Below are positions 16,968 to 29,100 of a stretch of DNA of 35,136 bases, one piece after another; position 1 is the stretch's first letter, and every line of letters begins with the position of its first letter. The DNA is from Bacteroidales bacterium. Its GTDB lineage: Bacteria > Bacteroidota > Bacteroidia > Bacteroidales > UBA3824. The DNA lies in contig JAGCNK010000172.1 of assembly GCA_017645985.1 (NCBI GenBank), positions 1 through 35,136 of the forward strand, read 5' to 3'. Below the pieces are notes generated by a model. The model had not been told where the DNA came from and did not search any database. It worked only from the letters and a program-made list of their open reading frames with translations. Made by a program: the position numbers and the translations under genes.

Positions 16968-19448
16968 ATGCAGCCACTTTATGCCGAAGTTATATTGCCC
17001 GTTCCGCTGCCAAATCTTCTAACTTACATTGTTCCCGAATATCTCGCGGAGCAGTGCCGCGCGGGTTGTCGCGTGGTGGTGCCTTGCGGAAGATCCAAGA
17101 TGTATTCGGGAGTGGTTTACCGTATCACCGACCAAAAGCCCGAGGCATACGAGCTTAAAGAGGTGATTGAGATTCTCGACACCGTGCCTGTGGTAACCCA
17201 GGAGCAGATACAGTTTTGGAAATGGATTGCCGAATATTATATGTGCACCGTGGGCGAGGTTTACCGTGCCGCGCTGCCGTCGGGTATGAAGCTCGAAAGC
17301 GAGACAATGCTCTACCGCACCAATCTTCCCATTGATTACGACCGTTTGAAACCCAAGGAGCTGATTCTTCTCAACGCCTTTAACGACAAGGTGACCGAAA
17401 TACCAGTGTCGAAGGTGGGAAAAATTGTTTCGTCAAAAACATATATATCGCTGGTACAGAACCTGATACAGTCCGGCTACCTGGTGGCCGACAGCGTTAT
17501 CGAAGACAAATACAAACCCAAGACCGAAAAGTTTCTCACCCTGCACGAGGCGTTCACCAAGGAGATTCAGTTCAAAGAGCTGTTCGACACGCTTGAACGC
17601 AAGGCTCTCAAGCAGTTGCAGGTGCTGATGGCTTTCCTTGCCGGATCTGGCATTAAGATAGAAAACGGAGAAATAACATCGCACGGCGAAATCTCTCGTG
17701 CAAAGCTGTTGAAGAATCCCGACTTGTCGTCGCAGGCTTTGTCGGCTCTTATTCAAAAAGGTGTGCTTACCGAATACGAAAAGGAGGTGAGCCGTCTGGA
17801 AAAATACGACGGCGACATAGAGCTTTATCACGACCTGACACCGGCTCAACAGACAGCCTACGAACAAATTGAAAGCGAGTTTGCCCAGAAAAGCACTGTG
17901 CTGCTATATGGTGTTACAGGCAGCGGCAAAACCGAAATATATATAAAACTGATCGACAAATATCTGTCGGAAGGACGGCGGGTGCTTTACCTGCTGCCCG
18001 AGATTGTGCTTACGTCGCAGATTATAAGGCGTTTGCAAAAGGTGTTTGGCAATTCGGTGTGCATTTATCACAGCAAACTGTCGGATGCCGAACGTTCTGA
18101 AATTTGGAAGACGCTCGTTGACGGCAGCGAACCTAAGCTTATTCTCGGAGTGCGCTCGTCGGTGTTCCTGCCGTTTGTCAACCTCGGCTTGATTATCGTT
18201 GACGAGGAACACGAGACATCGTTCAAGCAGTACGACCCCGCGCCACGGTACAACGCCCGCGACTGCTCTATGGTGCTGGCGCAGCTTTACAACGCCAAGG
18301 TGCTGCTCGGCTCTGCCACGCCGTCGCTCGAATCGTATTTCAACGCTATGAGCGGCAAGTACGGACTTGTGTCGCTTAACAAACGTTTCTCGGAACAAGG
18401 ACAGCCTCAGTTTCAGATAGTTGACACGCTCGACGCTATGAAGCACCGTCAGATGAAGTCGCTATTCTCGCCGCAGCTGCTTGGCGAGGTGAAAAAATGC
18501 GTTGAAAATCACGAACAGGCTTTGCTGTTTCGCAACCGACGTGGTTTCTCGCCCTACGTGGAGTGCCAGACCTGCGGATGGATTCCTGTTTGCGAAAACT
18601 GCGACGTAAGTCTCACTTACCACAAGCGCGACGGACGTCTGGTGTGCCATCACTGTGGATTCTGTATGGAGATGCCCCACAAGTGTATGGCGTGCGGCGA
18701 TACCGCAATGAAGACTATGGGATTCGGCACTGAGAAAATCGAGGACGAAATAAAGATATTCTTTCCAGATGCGAGAATTTCGCGTTTGGATTCCGACGTC
18801 ACTACTTCGGTGGCTCGTTACGAAAAAATCATATCCGACTTTGAGGATGGCAATATCGACATCATTGCCGGCACTCAGATGATTTCAAAGGGGTTTGATT
18901 TCAAAAACCTTCGCCTTGTGGCTATACTCAACGCCGACAGCATGCTCAGCTATCCCGATTTCCGTGCCGAGGAACGTGCTTATCAGATGATTTCGCAGGT
19001 GGGCGGACGTGCAGGACGCAGCAATATCAAGGGTCGTGTGCTTATTCAGACCAAGAATCCGCAGCATCCTGTTTTTCAGGATATTATCAGCAATAATTAC
19101 ACCCTGCTCTACAACCGGTTGATAGCCGAGCGCAGCAGATTCCTTTATCCGCCATACACACGCCTTATAAAGATACAGTTGAAACACAAGAGTCCTGCCG
19201 ACCTCGACCACGAGTCTGCCCGGCTTGCCGACATTCTTCGAAAATCGTTTGGCGCGGGGGTGCTTGGTCCCGAATATCCGCTCATCAGCCGTATTCAGAC
19301 ACTATATATAAAGGAGATAATGCTGAAGATAAGCCGAAACCATTACGGCGCGGCAGCCAAGAAGCTTATCACCGACGCAATAGGATATGTGAAGTCCACC
19401 GCCGTGAAATCAGGACTGATTGTAGCGGTGAATGTGGATCCGTTATAA
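16968..19448 (+). CDS. priA: Primosomal protein N' (replication restart helicase PriA)
   Basis: Walker A is GVTGSGKTEIY and the DEEH box is IIVDEEHE. The Cys-rich zinc-binding insert is CQTCGW..CENCD...CHHCG....CMACG. The C-terminal helicase lobe has GTQMISKGFDF. Length is 826 aa. Confidence 0.92.
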   Translation: MQPLYAEVILPVPLPNLLTYIVPEYLAEQCRAGCRVVVPCGRSKMYSGVVYRITDQKPEAYELKEVIEILDTVPVVTQEQIQFWKWIAEYYMCTVGEVYRAALPSGMKLESETMLYRTNLPIDYDRLKPKELILLNAFNDKVTEIPVSKVGKIVSSKTYISLVQNLIQSGYLVADSVIEDKYKPKTEKFLTLHEAFTKEIQFKELFDTLERKALKQLQVLMAFLAGSGIKIENGEITSHGEISRAKLLKNPDLSSQALSALIQKGVLTEYEKEVSRLEKYDGDIELYHDLTPAQQTAYEQIESEFAQKSTVLLYGVTGSGKTEIYIKLIDKYLSEGRRVLYLLPEIVLTSQIIRRLQKVFGNSVCIYHSKLSDAERSEIWKTLVDGSEPKLILGVRSSVFLPFVNLGLIIVDEEHETSFKQYDPAPRYNARDCSMVLAQLYNAKVLLGSATPSLESYFNAMSGKYGLVSLNKRFSEQGQPQFQIVDTLDAMKHRQMKSLFSPQLLGEVKKCVENHEQALLFRNRRGFSPYVECQTCGWIPVCENCDVSLTYHKRDGRLVCHHCGFCMEMPHKCMACGDTAMKTMGFGTEKIEDEIKIFFPDARISRLDSDVTTSVARYEKIISDFEDGNIDIIAGTQMISKGFDFKNLRLVAILNADSMLSYPDFRAEERAYQMISQVGGRAGRSNIKGRVLIQTKNPQHPVFQDIISNNYTLLYNRLIAERSRFLYPPYTRLIKIQLKHKSPADLDHESARLADILRKSFGAGVLGPEYPLISRIQTLYIKEIMLKISRNHYGAAAKKLITDAIGYVKSTAVKSGLIVAVNVDPL

Positions 19449-19486
19449 AAAAGCAAATTATTAAAACATCATAAAAATATATCAAA

Positions 19487-20677
19487 ATGAGATTATCATC
19501 AAGAATCAACAGAGTAGCCGAATCGCAGACGCTTGCGATGAGCCAGAAGAGCAACGAACTAAAAGAACAAGGCATCGACGTGGTGAACCTTACAGTTGGA
19601 CAGCCCGACTTTTTCACCCCCGACAACGTGAAAGCCGCAGCTAAAAAAGCTATAGACGACAATTTCTCGTTTTATTCGCCAGTACCTGGTTATAAAGATT
19701 TGATACAGGCTATACAAGGCAAATTCAAACGTGAGAATAATCTCCAATACGCCGAAAACCAGATAGTTGTGTCTACAGGTGCTAAACAGTGCCTTGCCAA
19801 CGCTATGCAGTGTCTTTTTCAAGAGGGCGACGAGGTGATAATTCCCACACCTTACTGGGTTTCGTATATCGAGCTTGCCCACCTCTGCAACGCTACCCCC
19901 GTTATCATTGAGGGAAATCCCGAAAACTACTACAAGATTACTCCCGAGCAGTTGGAAAAGGCCATCTCTCCCAAAACACACGGCTTTATCCTCAACGCTC
20001 CTTCAAACCCTTCGGGCAGCATCTACACCAAGGACGAGCTTAAAGCTCTTGCCGACGTGCTGGCTAAATATCCCGAGGTGGCTATCATCTCCGACGAGAT
20101 TTACGAGCACCTTACTTACCAAGGCAGCCACGAATCTATCGCCCAGTTCTCGAATGTTTACAATCAGACTATCGTAATCAACGGTCTTTCAAAGGCTTAC
20201 GCTATGACTGGCTGGCGTTTGGGCTATATGGCTGGTCCTGTTGAGGTGGCCAAGGCGTGCAAAAAACTTCAAGGTCAGACCACTTCGGGCACTTGCTCAA
20301 TCACTCAGCGTGCCGCCATCGAGGCTCTCAACGGTGACCAGAGCATCATCGACAAGAACAACGAGGTGCTCATCAAACGTCGCGACCTTATGGTTAAATA
20401 CCTCAAGGAGATTCCGGGCGTGAAACTCAACGTGCCTCCCGCCACATTCTACACCTTCCCCGATTTTTCGGCTTACTACGGCAAATCGTACGAAGGCAAA
20501 AAAATCAACGGATCGTCCGACCTCTGCGACTTCCTTCTCAATGTGGCTCACGTGGCTACTGTGGCAGGCAGCGCATTCGGCGTTGACGCTTGCATCCGTA
20601 TGAGCTACGTTGTTGACTTCCCCCGTATCGACGAAGCATTCAAACGCATCAACAAGGCGTTGGCGTTGTTGAAATAA
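19487..20677 (+). CDS. Class I/II PLP-dependent aminotransferase (aspartate aminotransferase-like)
   Basis: Motifs seen are NLTVGQPDF, PTPYWVSY, SNPSG, SDEIYEHL, and SKAYAMTGWRLGY carrying the PLP lysine. Length is 396 aa. Confidence 0.85.
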   Translation: MRLSSRINRVAESQTLAMSQKSNELKEQGIDVVNLTVGQPDFFTPDNVKAAAKKAIDDNFSFYSPVPGYKDLIQAIQGKFKRENNLQYAENQIVVSTGAKQCLANAMQCLFQEGDEVIIPTPYWVSYIELAHLCNATPVIIEGNPENYYKITPEQLEKAISPKTHGFILNAPSNPSGSIYTKDELKALADVLAKYPEVAIISDEIYEHLTYQGSHESIAQFSNVYNQTIVINGLSKAYAMTGWRLGYMAGPVEVAKACKKLQGQTTSGTCSITQRAAIEALNGDQSIIDKNNEVLIKRRDLMVKYLKEIPGVKLNVPPATFYTFPDFSAYYGKSYEGKKINGSSDLCDFLLNVAHVATVAGSAFGVDACIRMSYVVDFPRIDEAFKRINKALALLK

Positions 20678-20698
20678 TTTTTTTTGGAAACAATTATT

Positions 20699-20735
20699 TG
20701 TAGAGACGCGCCATGGCGCGTCTCTACATTTTTTT
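20699..20735 (+). terminator. Intrinsic terminator: 30-nt perfect GC-rich palindrome plus T7 run
   Basis: TGTAGAGACGCGCCATGGCGCGTCTCTACA (20699-20728) is perfectly self-complementary. TTTTTTT follows at 20729-20735. It lies 22 nt after the aminotransferase stop. Confidence 0.7.
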
Positions 20736-20745
20736 AACATTTTAA

Positions 20746-21921
<1,176 letters not shown>

Positions 21922-22025
21922 ATATTTCGACTTATCCTGCCTTTTGCCCGAAAAAAAAGGGAAAAACGTATACGCCGTTTCGCAAAAAAAGCGTATATTT
22001 AAACGTCATTTTTTTACGCGAAACG

Positions 22026-23954
22026 ATGGGCAAAAAAAAGAAACGAGAGTCGATAGTCTTGAATATGATGAAGGTGCTGATACCAGTTACCATAGTTCTG
22101 GTGGCTGGTGTCAACACTTTGCTTTTTCTTATAATCCGCAGCAACAACAAGCAGCTGCTCAATAAGGCTATGGACGAGATTGTCTCTAACAATGTGTCGC
22201 AGATTTCTCAGCAGTTTGAGAATATCGTGTCACAATTGGAGATGCTCTCGGAGTTTCGCACCAGCCAGCATATCGGCGACACCGTGAGTTTCAGTATGAT
22301 ACAAATGCTTGTCAACAACAGCAACGGCGTGTTCCGTTACTGCGGTTTCACCAATGCCGACGGTTATACTGTTACCACGCTGTCTGATTCTATGCATTCG
22401 TTGAAACCTCCCGAGGGACTTCTCAGCTTTATTGCGAGCCAGCGTTTTTATGTGTCGGACCGTCTGCCTGCTCTCGACGGCAAGGACGACATTATCTATA
22501 TCCACGTGCCCACCATCAAGGATGACAAGATGATTGGAATCATTTCGGCGGCGGTGGACGCAAAAAAGGTGGAGGATATGGCTTGTGAGCAGAAGGTTAT
22601 GGGCACAGGTTTCGGTATGGTGGTCAACAGCCGCTCCACATCGGTTCAGATGTGTACCGAGCATCCCGAATGGATCAACAATTTCAAACTTACCGACAGC
22701 TCTGATTATAAGGGATTTGATATGATTGCCAACGCAATAGTCTCCGACATTGATTTTGTGGAGCCAATGGATATCGAGACCCCCGACCACGAGCGTTACG
22801 CCATTATCTGGAAAAAAATAGGATTTACCGACTGGCACTATGTATATGCCACTCCCGTGTCATCATTGAAGGCTCGCAACAGTCTGCTTATCAAACTCTT
22901 CATTCTGTTTGTGCCGGCGTCGTGCATCATATTTATCGTGGTGCTGCTGTGGCTTGTGTCGTCGCACATCAATCGTCCGCTGCATCAGCTGTTGAAGGCT
23001 GTGGCTTGTTTCTGGACGGGCAAACTGTACAAGGTGCAGGATTTCAAGGCGCAACGCAACGACGAGCTTGGACAGATATTGAAGTCTACCACCGATATGT
23101 CGCTCAAACTTGAAACTGTGACCCAGAGCATTCGCCAGAAGGCGTCGCAGATAGTGTCCGACAGCCGTATGCTCAACGATTCGGCTGAGCACATTTCGCA
23201 GTCGGTATCAAGACAGGCCACCGCTGCCGACGAGATTTCGGCGGTGCTGAGCTATATGCTCGATATTATTTCGCGAAACACCTCGTATGCGCTTGAAACT
23301 CATCAGATAAGCACCGATGTGGTAGAAAATCTCAACACAGTGTCGCAGGTGTCGCAAAAGTCGCTCGAAAGCACATTGCAGATTTCCGAAAAAATCCGTG
23401 TTATCAACGAGATAGCATCCAAAACCGACCTTCTTGCCATCAACGCCGCAGTGGAGGCCGCCAAGGCGGGCGACGAAGGAAAGGGTTTCGCAGTGGTGGC
23501 AGGAGAAATCAAAAAACTCGCCGAGCGATGCCGTGCAGCAGCCATCCAAATCGACGATGCCATTGCTGATGATGTCAAGCTGTCGGAAAAAGCCGCCAAA
23601 CTGTTTGCCAAGCTCGTTCCCGTTATCAATCAGACCAACGAGAAGGTGTCGTTGATAGTGGAGTCTGCCAAGGAGCAGGAGTACAGCTCGCAACAGATTT
23701 CAAAATCTATCAAGCAGCTTGCCGAAATTGCGACCAACAATGCCTCTGCCGCCGCCGAGATGGTAAAACAGGCCGAAATGTTCACCAAATACGCCGCCGG
23801 ACTTGTGGAGGATGTCACATTCTTCAAAACCAGAGACACCGACCGTACCGAGATGCTCAAACGTCAGCTCGAGGAACATGAAAACGAACTTTATCGCGTT
23901 AAGATGGTGCTTGAGTCGCAGATGCACGGCAATAATGAAAAAGAGAGTAAGTAG
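22026..23954 (+). CDS. Methyl-accepting chemotaxis-type receptor (TM - Cache-like - TM - HAMP - MCP signalling domain)
   Basis: The highly conserved MCP hairpin tip [36 protein letters not shown] lies at 23424-23531. TM segments are at about aa 15-37 and 290-312. The periplasmic domain contains [23 protein letters not shown]. Confidence 0.87.
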   Translation: MGKKKKRESIVLNMMKVLIPVTIVLVAGVNTLLFLIIRSNNKQLLNKAMDEIVSNNVSQISQQFENIVSQLEMLSEFRTSQHIGDTVSFSMIQMLVNNSNGVFRYCGFTNADGYTVTTLSDSMHSLKPPEGLLSFIASQRFYVSDRLPALDGKDDIIYIHVPTIKDDKMIGIISAAVDAKKVEDMACEQKVMGTGFGMVVNSRSTSVQMCTEHPEWINNFKLTDSSDYKGFDMIANAIVSDIDFVEPMDIETPDHERYAIIWKKIGFTDWHYVYATPVSSLKARNSLLIKLFILFVPASCIIFIVVLLWLVSSHINRPLHQLLKAVACFWTGKLYKVQDFKAQRNDELGQILKSTTDMSLKLETVTQSIRQKASQIVSDSRMLNDSAEHISQSVSRQATAADEISAVLSYMLDIISRNTSYALETHQISTDVVENLNTVSQVSQKSLESTLQISEKIRVINEIASKTDLLAINAAVEAAKAGDEGKGFAVVAGEIKKLAERCRAAAIQIDDAIADDVKLSEKAAKLFAKLVPVINQTNEKVSLIVESAKEQEYSSQQISKSIKQLAEIATNNASAAAEMVKQAEMFTKYAAGLVEDVTFFKTRDTDRTEMLKRQLEEHENELYRVKMVLESQMHGNNEKESK

Positions 23955-23974
23955 AATATTATAATATAGTTACT

Positions 23975-26107
23975 ATGGCTAAATACAAGCAGAGTTTTCT
24001 AAGTAGATTCATAGCCTCGCACGGGCACAGCCTGTGGAGCAAGCTCGTGTTGATTACCGTTCCCATCGTGGCGGCTATCATCATCGGGTCCGACATATTT
24101 ATCTATAACTATCTATATGACGCTTCGCACCAGACCATCAACAACCTCGGTTTGCAGACGCTTGACATTCAGAGCAAGAATATCTCAAACTATCTCAATG
24201 CCTACGTTCACGACCTGAGGCTTTTAAGTAGCCTGTATTCCAAAAATTACGATTCGCAACGTCTTTTGCATTCGGCAACACGCCTTGTGGAAGACAACCC
24301 CGATAAGTATCTATACATCCGTCTGGCTACTCCCGACGGTATGCAGTACACCACCAACAGCGGCGTCGACACTATTGGCGACCCTATGCAGCGCGATTAT
24401 TTTAGAAAACTTTCTATTCCAAACAACAACGAGGTGTTCGCTATGCCAAAGCAGTTTAAGGGCGACAGCGCAGTGTTCAACGTGGCTGTGCCTGTGCGCG
24501 ACGACAACGGACGCACTCTCGCCGTGCTTACAGCCGTATTCGACAACGACACCATCAACTCGTATATCTCTAATATGAAGATCAACGGTCTGGGAATGGG
24601 TGCTATGGTAGACGAGAACACAACCCTGATAGCCTATCCCCGACAGAAATATATCAACGCTTTGGATTTCCGTTCGGCCTCTGATAAGGGATACCGCGGA
24701 TTGGGCAACTTCCTTACAAGCATTGTTACCGACAAGCGTGTTTCGGGCATTGCCACTTGCTTAAACGACTCGTCGCACCAGGTGGAGATTTATTATCACC
24801 GTGTGGACAATACCGACTGGACTCTCGGTATCATTGTGGAGAAGGATTTGCTCTATGTGGCTGACTGGCATATGCTTGTGCTGCTTGTCACCACAGGATT
24901 TGTCACTATTTTGCTGTTCTGTATTCTGCTGTGGCAGGTGATTCGTTTTATTGTGGGTCCGATACGCTCGGTAAACACTCTTGCTCAGGATATTGCGCAG
25001 GGGCGGCTCTATTCTACCGCCGCCGACCATATAGCCAATGTCGACGAGCTTGGCGACCTTGCCCGAAATGTAAAGAATATGAAGGAACGCCTCCGCAATG
25101 CCGTGCAGACTATACGTAAATATTCGTTGGAGACAGCGCAGAGCGGCAAGTCGCTTTCCGACATTGTGGCGCAGCTGTCCGACGATACTCAGAATCAGGC
25201 TTCGGCGGTAGATGATATTTCGTCGGCGCTTGAAAACATGGCGTCGCTTATCGAGCGCAACAATGCCAACGCAAAAATGACCTGCGAGTCGTCTGACAGC
25301 ATTGCCGAAGATGTGCTTACCATTACCAAGGCGTCGGCAAGCACTCTGGCTTGTATCCAAAATGTGATTTCCAAGGCTAAGATTATCAACGAGATAACCT
25401 CACGAACCGACCTTCTCGCCATCAACGCAGCTGTGGAGGCTGCAAGAGCGGGCGTTCACGGCAAGGGTTTTGCCGTGGTGGCTTCCGAAATCCGTAAGCT
25501 TGCCGAGCACTGCCAGGAGGTGTCGATCCAAATCAACGAGTCAAGTGCGCGAAGCCTCAAAATCACCGAACGTTCGTCAGACCTTGTTGACAAGATTACT
25601 CCCCGTATCCGCAAGAATGCAGCTATGGTGTCGGAGATTGCCGCATCGTGCAACGAACAGCTCGACCGCACATTGGCTATCAATCACGCCGTGCAGCAGC
25701 TGGTGGACATCACGCAGTCTAACTCTCGTTCGTCGGAGGCTATGCTGCGCAATTCGGATGATATGATCACGCTGTGGCGCAGTCTCAACGAGTCGGTGGA
25801 ATTTTTCAAGCTTACCGGCACGGAAACTACCGATCCCGTAAAACTACAGAACCTTATCGAGGAGCATACCACCGAAATACTGAAACTTAAATCGCAACTT
25901 GTGGAATGTCTTGAAGAACAGGGCGCAGCCTTGGGCAGCATTGCGCCTTTGGCGGCACAGATAGAAAAAGCTGACAAAGCCGAACTTCAGGACAGTGAGA
26001 CAAAAGCAACCCCCCGTATGCCAAAGGAGCAGCATCATCCCGGATTCAATATCAGACTCGAAGATGAAAATAAGAGTTTGGACGACAGTTATGAGAATTT
26101 TGAATAG
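23975..26107 (+). CDS. Methyl-accepting chemotaxis-type receptor (TM - dCache-like - TM - HAMP - MCP signalling domain), paralog of 22026..23954
   Basis: The hairpin tip [36 protein letters not shown] lies at 25406-25513. dCache-like strings include [24 protein letters not shown] and [16 protein letters not shown]. It starts 20 nt after the preceding receptor gene. Confidence 0.87.
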   Translation: MAKYKQSFLSRFIASHGHSLWSKLVLITVPIVAAIIIGSDIFIYNYLYDASHQTINNLGLQTLDIQSKNISNYLNAYVHDLRLLSSLYSKNYDSQRLLHSATRLVEDNPDKYLYIRLATPDGMQYTTNSGVDTIGDPMQRDYFRKLSIPNNNEVFAMPKQFKGDSAVFNVAVPVRDDNGRTLAVLTAVFDNDTINSYISNMKINGLGMGAMVDENTTLIAYPRQKYINALDFRSASDKGYRGLGNFLTSIVTDKRVSGIATCLNDSSHQVEIYYHRVDNTDWTLGIIVEKDLLYVADWHMLVLLVTTGFVTILLFCILLWQVIRFIVGPIRSVNTLAQDIAQGRLYSTAADHIANVDELGDLARNVKNMKERLRNAVQTIRKYSLETAQSGKSLSDIVAQLSDDTQNQASAVDDISSALENMASLIERNNANAKMTCESSDSIAEDVLTITKASASTLACIQNVISKAKIINEITSRTDLLAINAAVEAARAGVHGKGFAVVASEIRKLAEHCQEVSIQINESSARSLKITERSSDLVDKITPRIRKNAAMVSEIAASCNEQLDRTLAINHAVQQLVDITQSNSRSSEAMLRNSDDMITLWRSLNESVEFFKLTGTETTDPVKLQNLIEEHTTEILKLKSQLVECLEEQGAALGSIAPLAAQIEKADKAELQDSETKATPRMPKEQHHPGFNIRLEDENKSLDDSYENFE

Positions 26108-26121
26108 CCGCTGACCGCATT

Positions 26122-29100
26122 TTAATCTTTCTGTTCTTCATCCTCAGCCTTGTCTGCCATTCTGTTCTGCTTGTTTTCGTCAAACACGTAGCGGATGATG
26201 TCGGTTTCGTTGATGAGGATGTTGAAATACTCAAAACGGCTGATTAGCAGCACTGTGCTGTCTTTCTTGGCGGTGAGCACGTTGGCGCCTTGGTCAAGGT
26301 TGAGACCCTTGATGATAATATCGTTCTTGAAGAAATAAGTATCGTCGCCGAATGTCTCGCTTACGCAGAGCGTACCTTTAAGCACAATTATGATATCTTC
26401 CGCCGCGCCGGGCACAGTGGGCATAATCTCGTCGCCTTTGGCCATCTGTTTGATGCGGATATGCTCCGCCATCTTTACAAGCAGGTTCTCAGGCACGTTG
26501 AAATACATCGGGTGCTTTTTGAGCATCTTCACCTTGTCGATAAGTATCGGCTGGTCGTTGGTGAGGTCGGAGAGCAGCTGCTGCTTTTTGGGCGACATGT
26601 TGGTGAGGTAGTCGGAGCATTTTATCGGGTTCTCCTCGTAGATAATCTTGGCGGCAGCCGAGTAAACCATCTCGTCGGTATGGTAGAGACAGAGGAAAAT
26701 CTCGTCGGGCATTTCGCTCTTGCGTATCTTGGTGAGAAGTTCGTCGAGGTTGGCGCGTACCCAGAGGCTCAGATCCTTGTAGTCCATTACGCCCGAGCTT
26801 GAGCTTGCAGTAGATTTCGACTTGTGCAGACGGCCGAGAAGTTCCACGGCTTTCGACACTGTCCAGTTGTCTATCTTGCTGAAGTCGCGTTTGATAATCT
26901 CTTTGAGACGGTCGCTGAAAGAGTATTTGTTTTGCGGGAAGAAGTAGCTCAGTTTCTTGATTTTCTGTATAGCCGACAAGTCGTCGAACAGCGGCGAAAC
27001 AATCTGCTTCACATCCTGCGAGAAAAAGTTGTCGATAATTTCAAGGGCGAAAATTGTGTTTTTGCCAATGATGTTCTTCTGAATCAGGGCGATAATACGC
27101 GGCTCGTAGATAAAACTGAGCAGCAGGAACAGCTGGTCGAGGTTGTTCTGCTTTTCGATGTCGAGTGCTTGGAACAGTTTGAGAGTGTTTTTCTCGTCCT
27201 CGATGTCTTCGAGTGCCGACATTATCCATACAATGTTCTCAACCGTTTCGCTCACCTTCTGCTTGATGGTGTCGATGTCTTCGGGTTCAGCCTGGTATTT
27301 GCAGAAATACATAGCGTAGATTACAGCCTGCTGCACCTCGCGGTTGGGATAGTTGATATTTTTGATAAGGTATGCACGTGCAGGAGCAGAGCCGAACTTG
27401 CCGTAGAGCTCGATAATGCGCAGCAGGATAACCGGTTGCATACATTTTTCGAAATACTCGTTGAGGGCGGGCAGCACACGGTCGCCGATGTCTAACAGTA
27501 CGGTGCCGGCGGTGTTGTAATACTCTACCGATTCGAGCAGCGAAATCAGCTTGCTTATCATCTTCTGTGTGCGGAGCTTGCCTGCGAGTGTGATGGCTGC
27601 CGACTTCACGTTTTTGTCGGTGCTGTCCAAAAGACCGAGGATGATTGTCTCGTCGAGCAGGCTGTCGTCTTGGAGCATGTATTTCTCCAGCTTGATCTTG
27701 TCTGAAACGAATTCCGACGATGCAAGCTTGCTGAGCTCGTCGGGCTGCGGAGTATTGATTTCCGAAAAGTCGAGATAGTTTTTTGCCCGTTCGGCAAGGA
27801 GTCTTATTTCGGGACTCTCTGACGACTCGTAAATTTTCTGGCATGGCGAAGCGATACGGCGGCGCCATGTGGGGTCGATATTGCGCAATACAGCCTTGTT
27901 TACCACCTCGTCGTCGCTTTCGAGAAGTGTGCCTGCGTAAGCCTCGAGCGAGCGCGGGTTGGTTTCCGAAAGAATTGTAACAGCCAGGTTGGTGAACTTC
28001 TGACTTGATTTCTTGATATATTTTCTAATAACCTCCGCACCGTACTGGTATTTCGACGTGTCGCGGCGTTTCTCTTTGCTGATGTCGGCAAGTATCTGAC
28101 GGATATTGTCTTTGTAGCTGAAATAGAGGTTTCGTGACGAAATCACCCAAGCCACCAGCACAGGCACAAAGAACAGCATAAACCATTTGAAGTCGTATTC
28201 GCCGCCGATGGTGATTATCTTGTTGACACCGAGTATGAACAATCCCGCAATGGCTGTGGAGAACTGCTGCACCACGCCCACCTTGGTCTGTACGGCAAAT
28301 TTTTCGTTGTCGGGCAGAGGCTGGTAGAGAATGTTGAACGCCGGGTCGTCGAGACCGCGTCGGAGAATACGTTCCTGTGATTTATTGATTGTGATAAGTA
28401 TCAGAAACATAAGACATTCTACGCCAGGGTAGAAGCCTATCACCGCCGCCATAGTCACTATCACCACCATGGCAATCGGCAGAATCATAAGTCCCAGCTT
28501 GACACCGTAGCGGCTGAGCAGACGGCTTGAGAAGTAGGATATTACAAACTCGCCAATCTTCAATCCTGCGTACACGAGGGCGAGGTATTGCGAAATGTTC
28601 TCAGGCGCGATGTGTATCTTAACGGTGGACAGGAACGAGAAGTCGGTTACATATATAATGGTCATCGAAAGGGTGGCACATATAAATATGTATTTGAAAT
28701 AGTCTTTTTTGATAAGCTGTAAAAATCCGGTGCCGTCGTTCTTCTCCTTTTTGATAAGCTCGAATTTCTTTCCCTTCTCGTCGGCAAGTTTTTCGGGATA
28801 CTTGTTGTAGAGCATTATCAGGAATACGATACCGAGAATGAATCCCAACGTGCTCACATACAGCAAGTCGTAGGGGTGGGAGATAACCTTGTTGAGCAGC
28901 GGAATGGCCAGGTAACCGATGATAGCCGCCAGCACGCCGCCCATACTGAACAGCGCGAAAATTCTCTTAACCTGAACCAAGTTTAAGAATTTGAGCGACA
29001 ACGCACCGCATTCGATACCGATCATCGACAGAAACGGCCACGCCCAGATAAACACGAACACGCTCAGCCACTTGTCGGGAACTGTGTGAAGAAATATTCT

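Noticed and set aside
21922-22025. Promoter or terminator between the esterase and the first MCP gene.
   Set aside because: There is only a near-match -7 box (TATATTTA) and a weak A/T-only hairpin (CCTTTT...AAAAGG). Neither is good enough to annotate, and the genes may be co-transcribed.
26087-26107. The C-terminal ...DSYENFE of the second MCP as a CheR/CheB-tethering pentapeptide (NWETF-like).
   Set aside because: There is only a vague aromatic/acidic resemblance. The sequence does not match the xWxxF pattern and the first MCP has nothing comparable.
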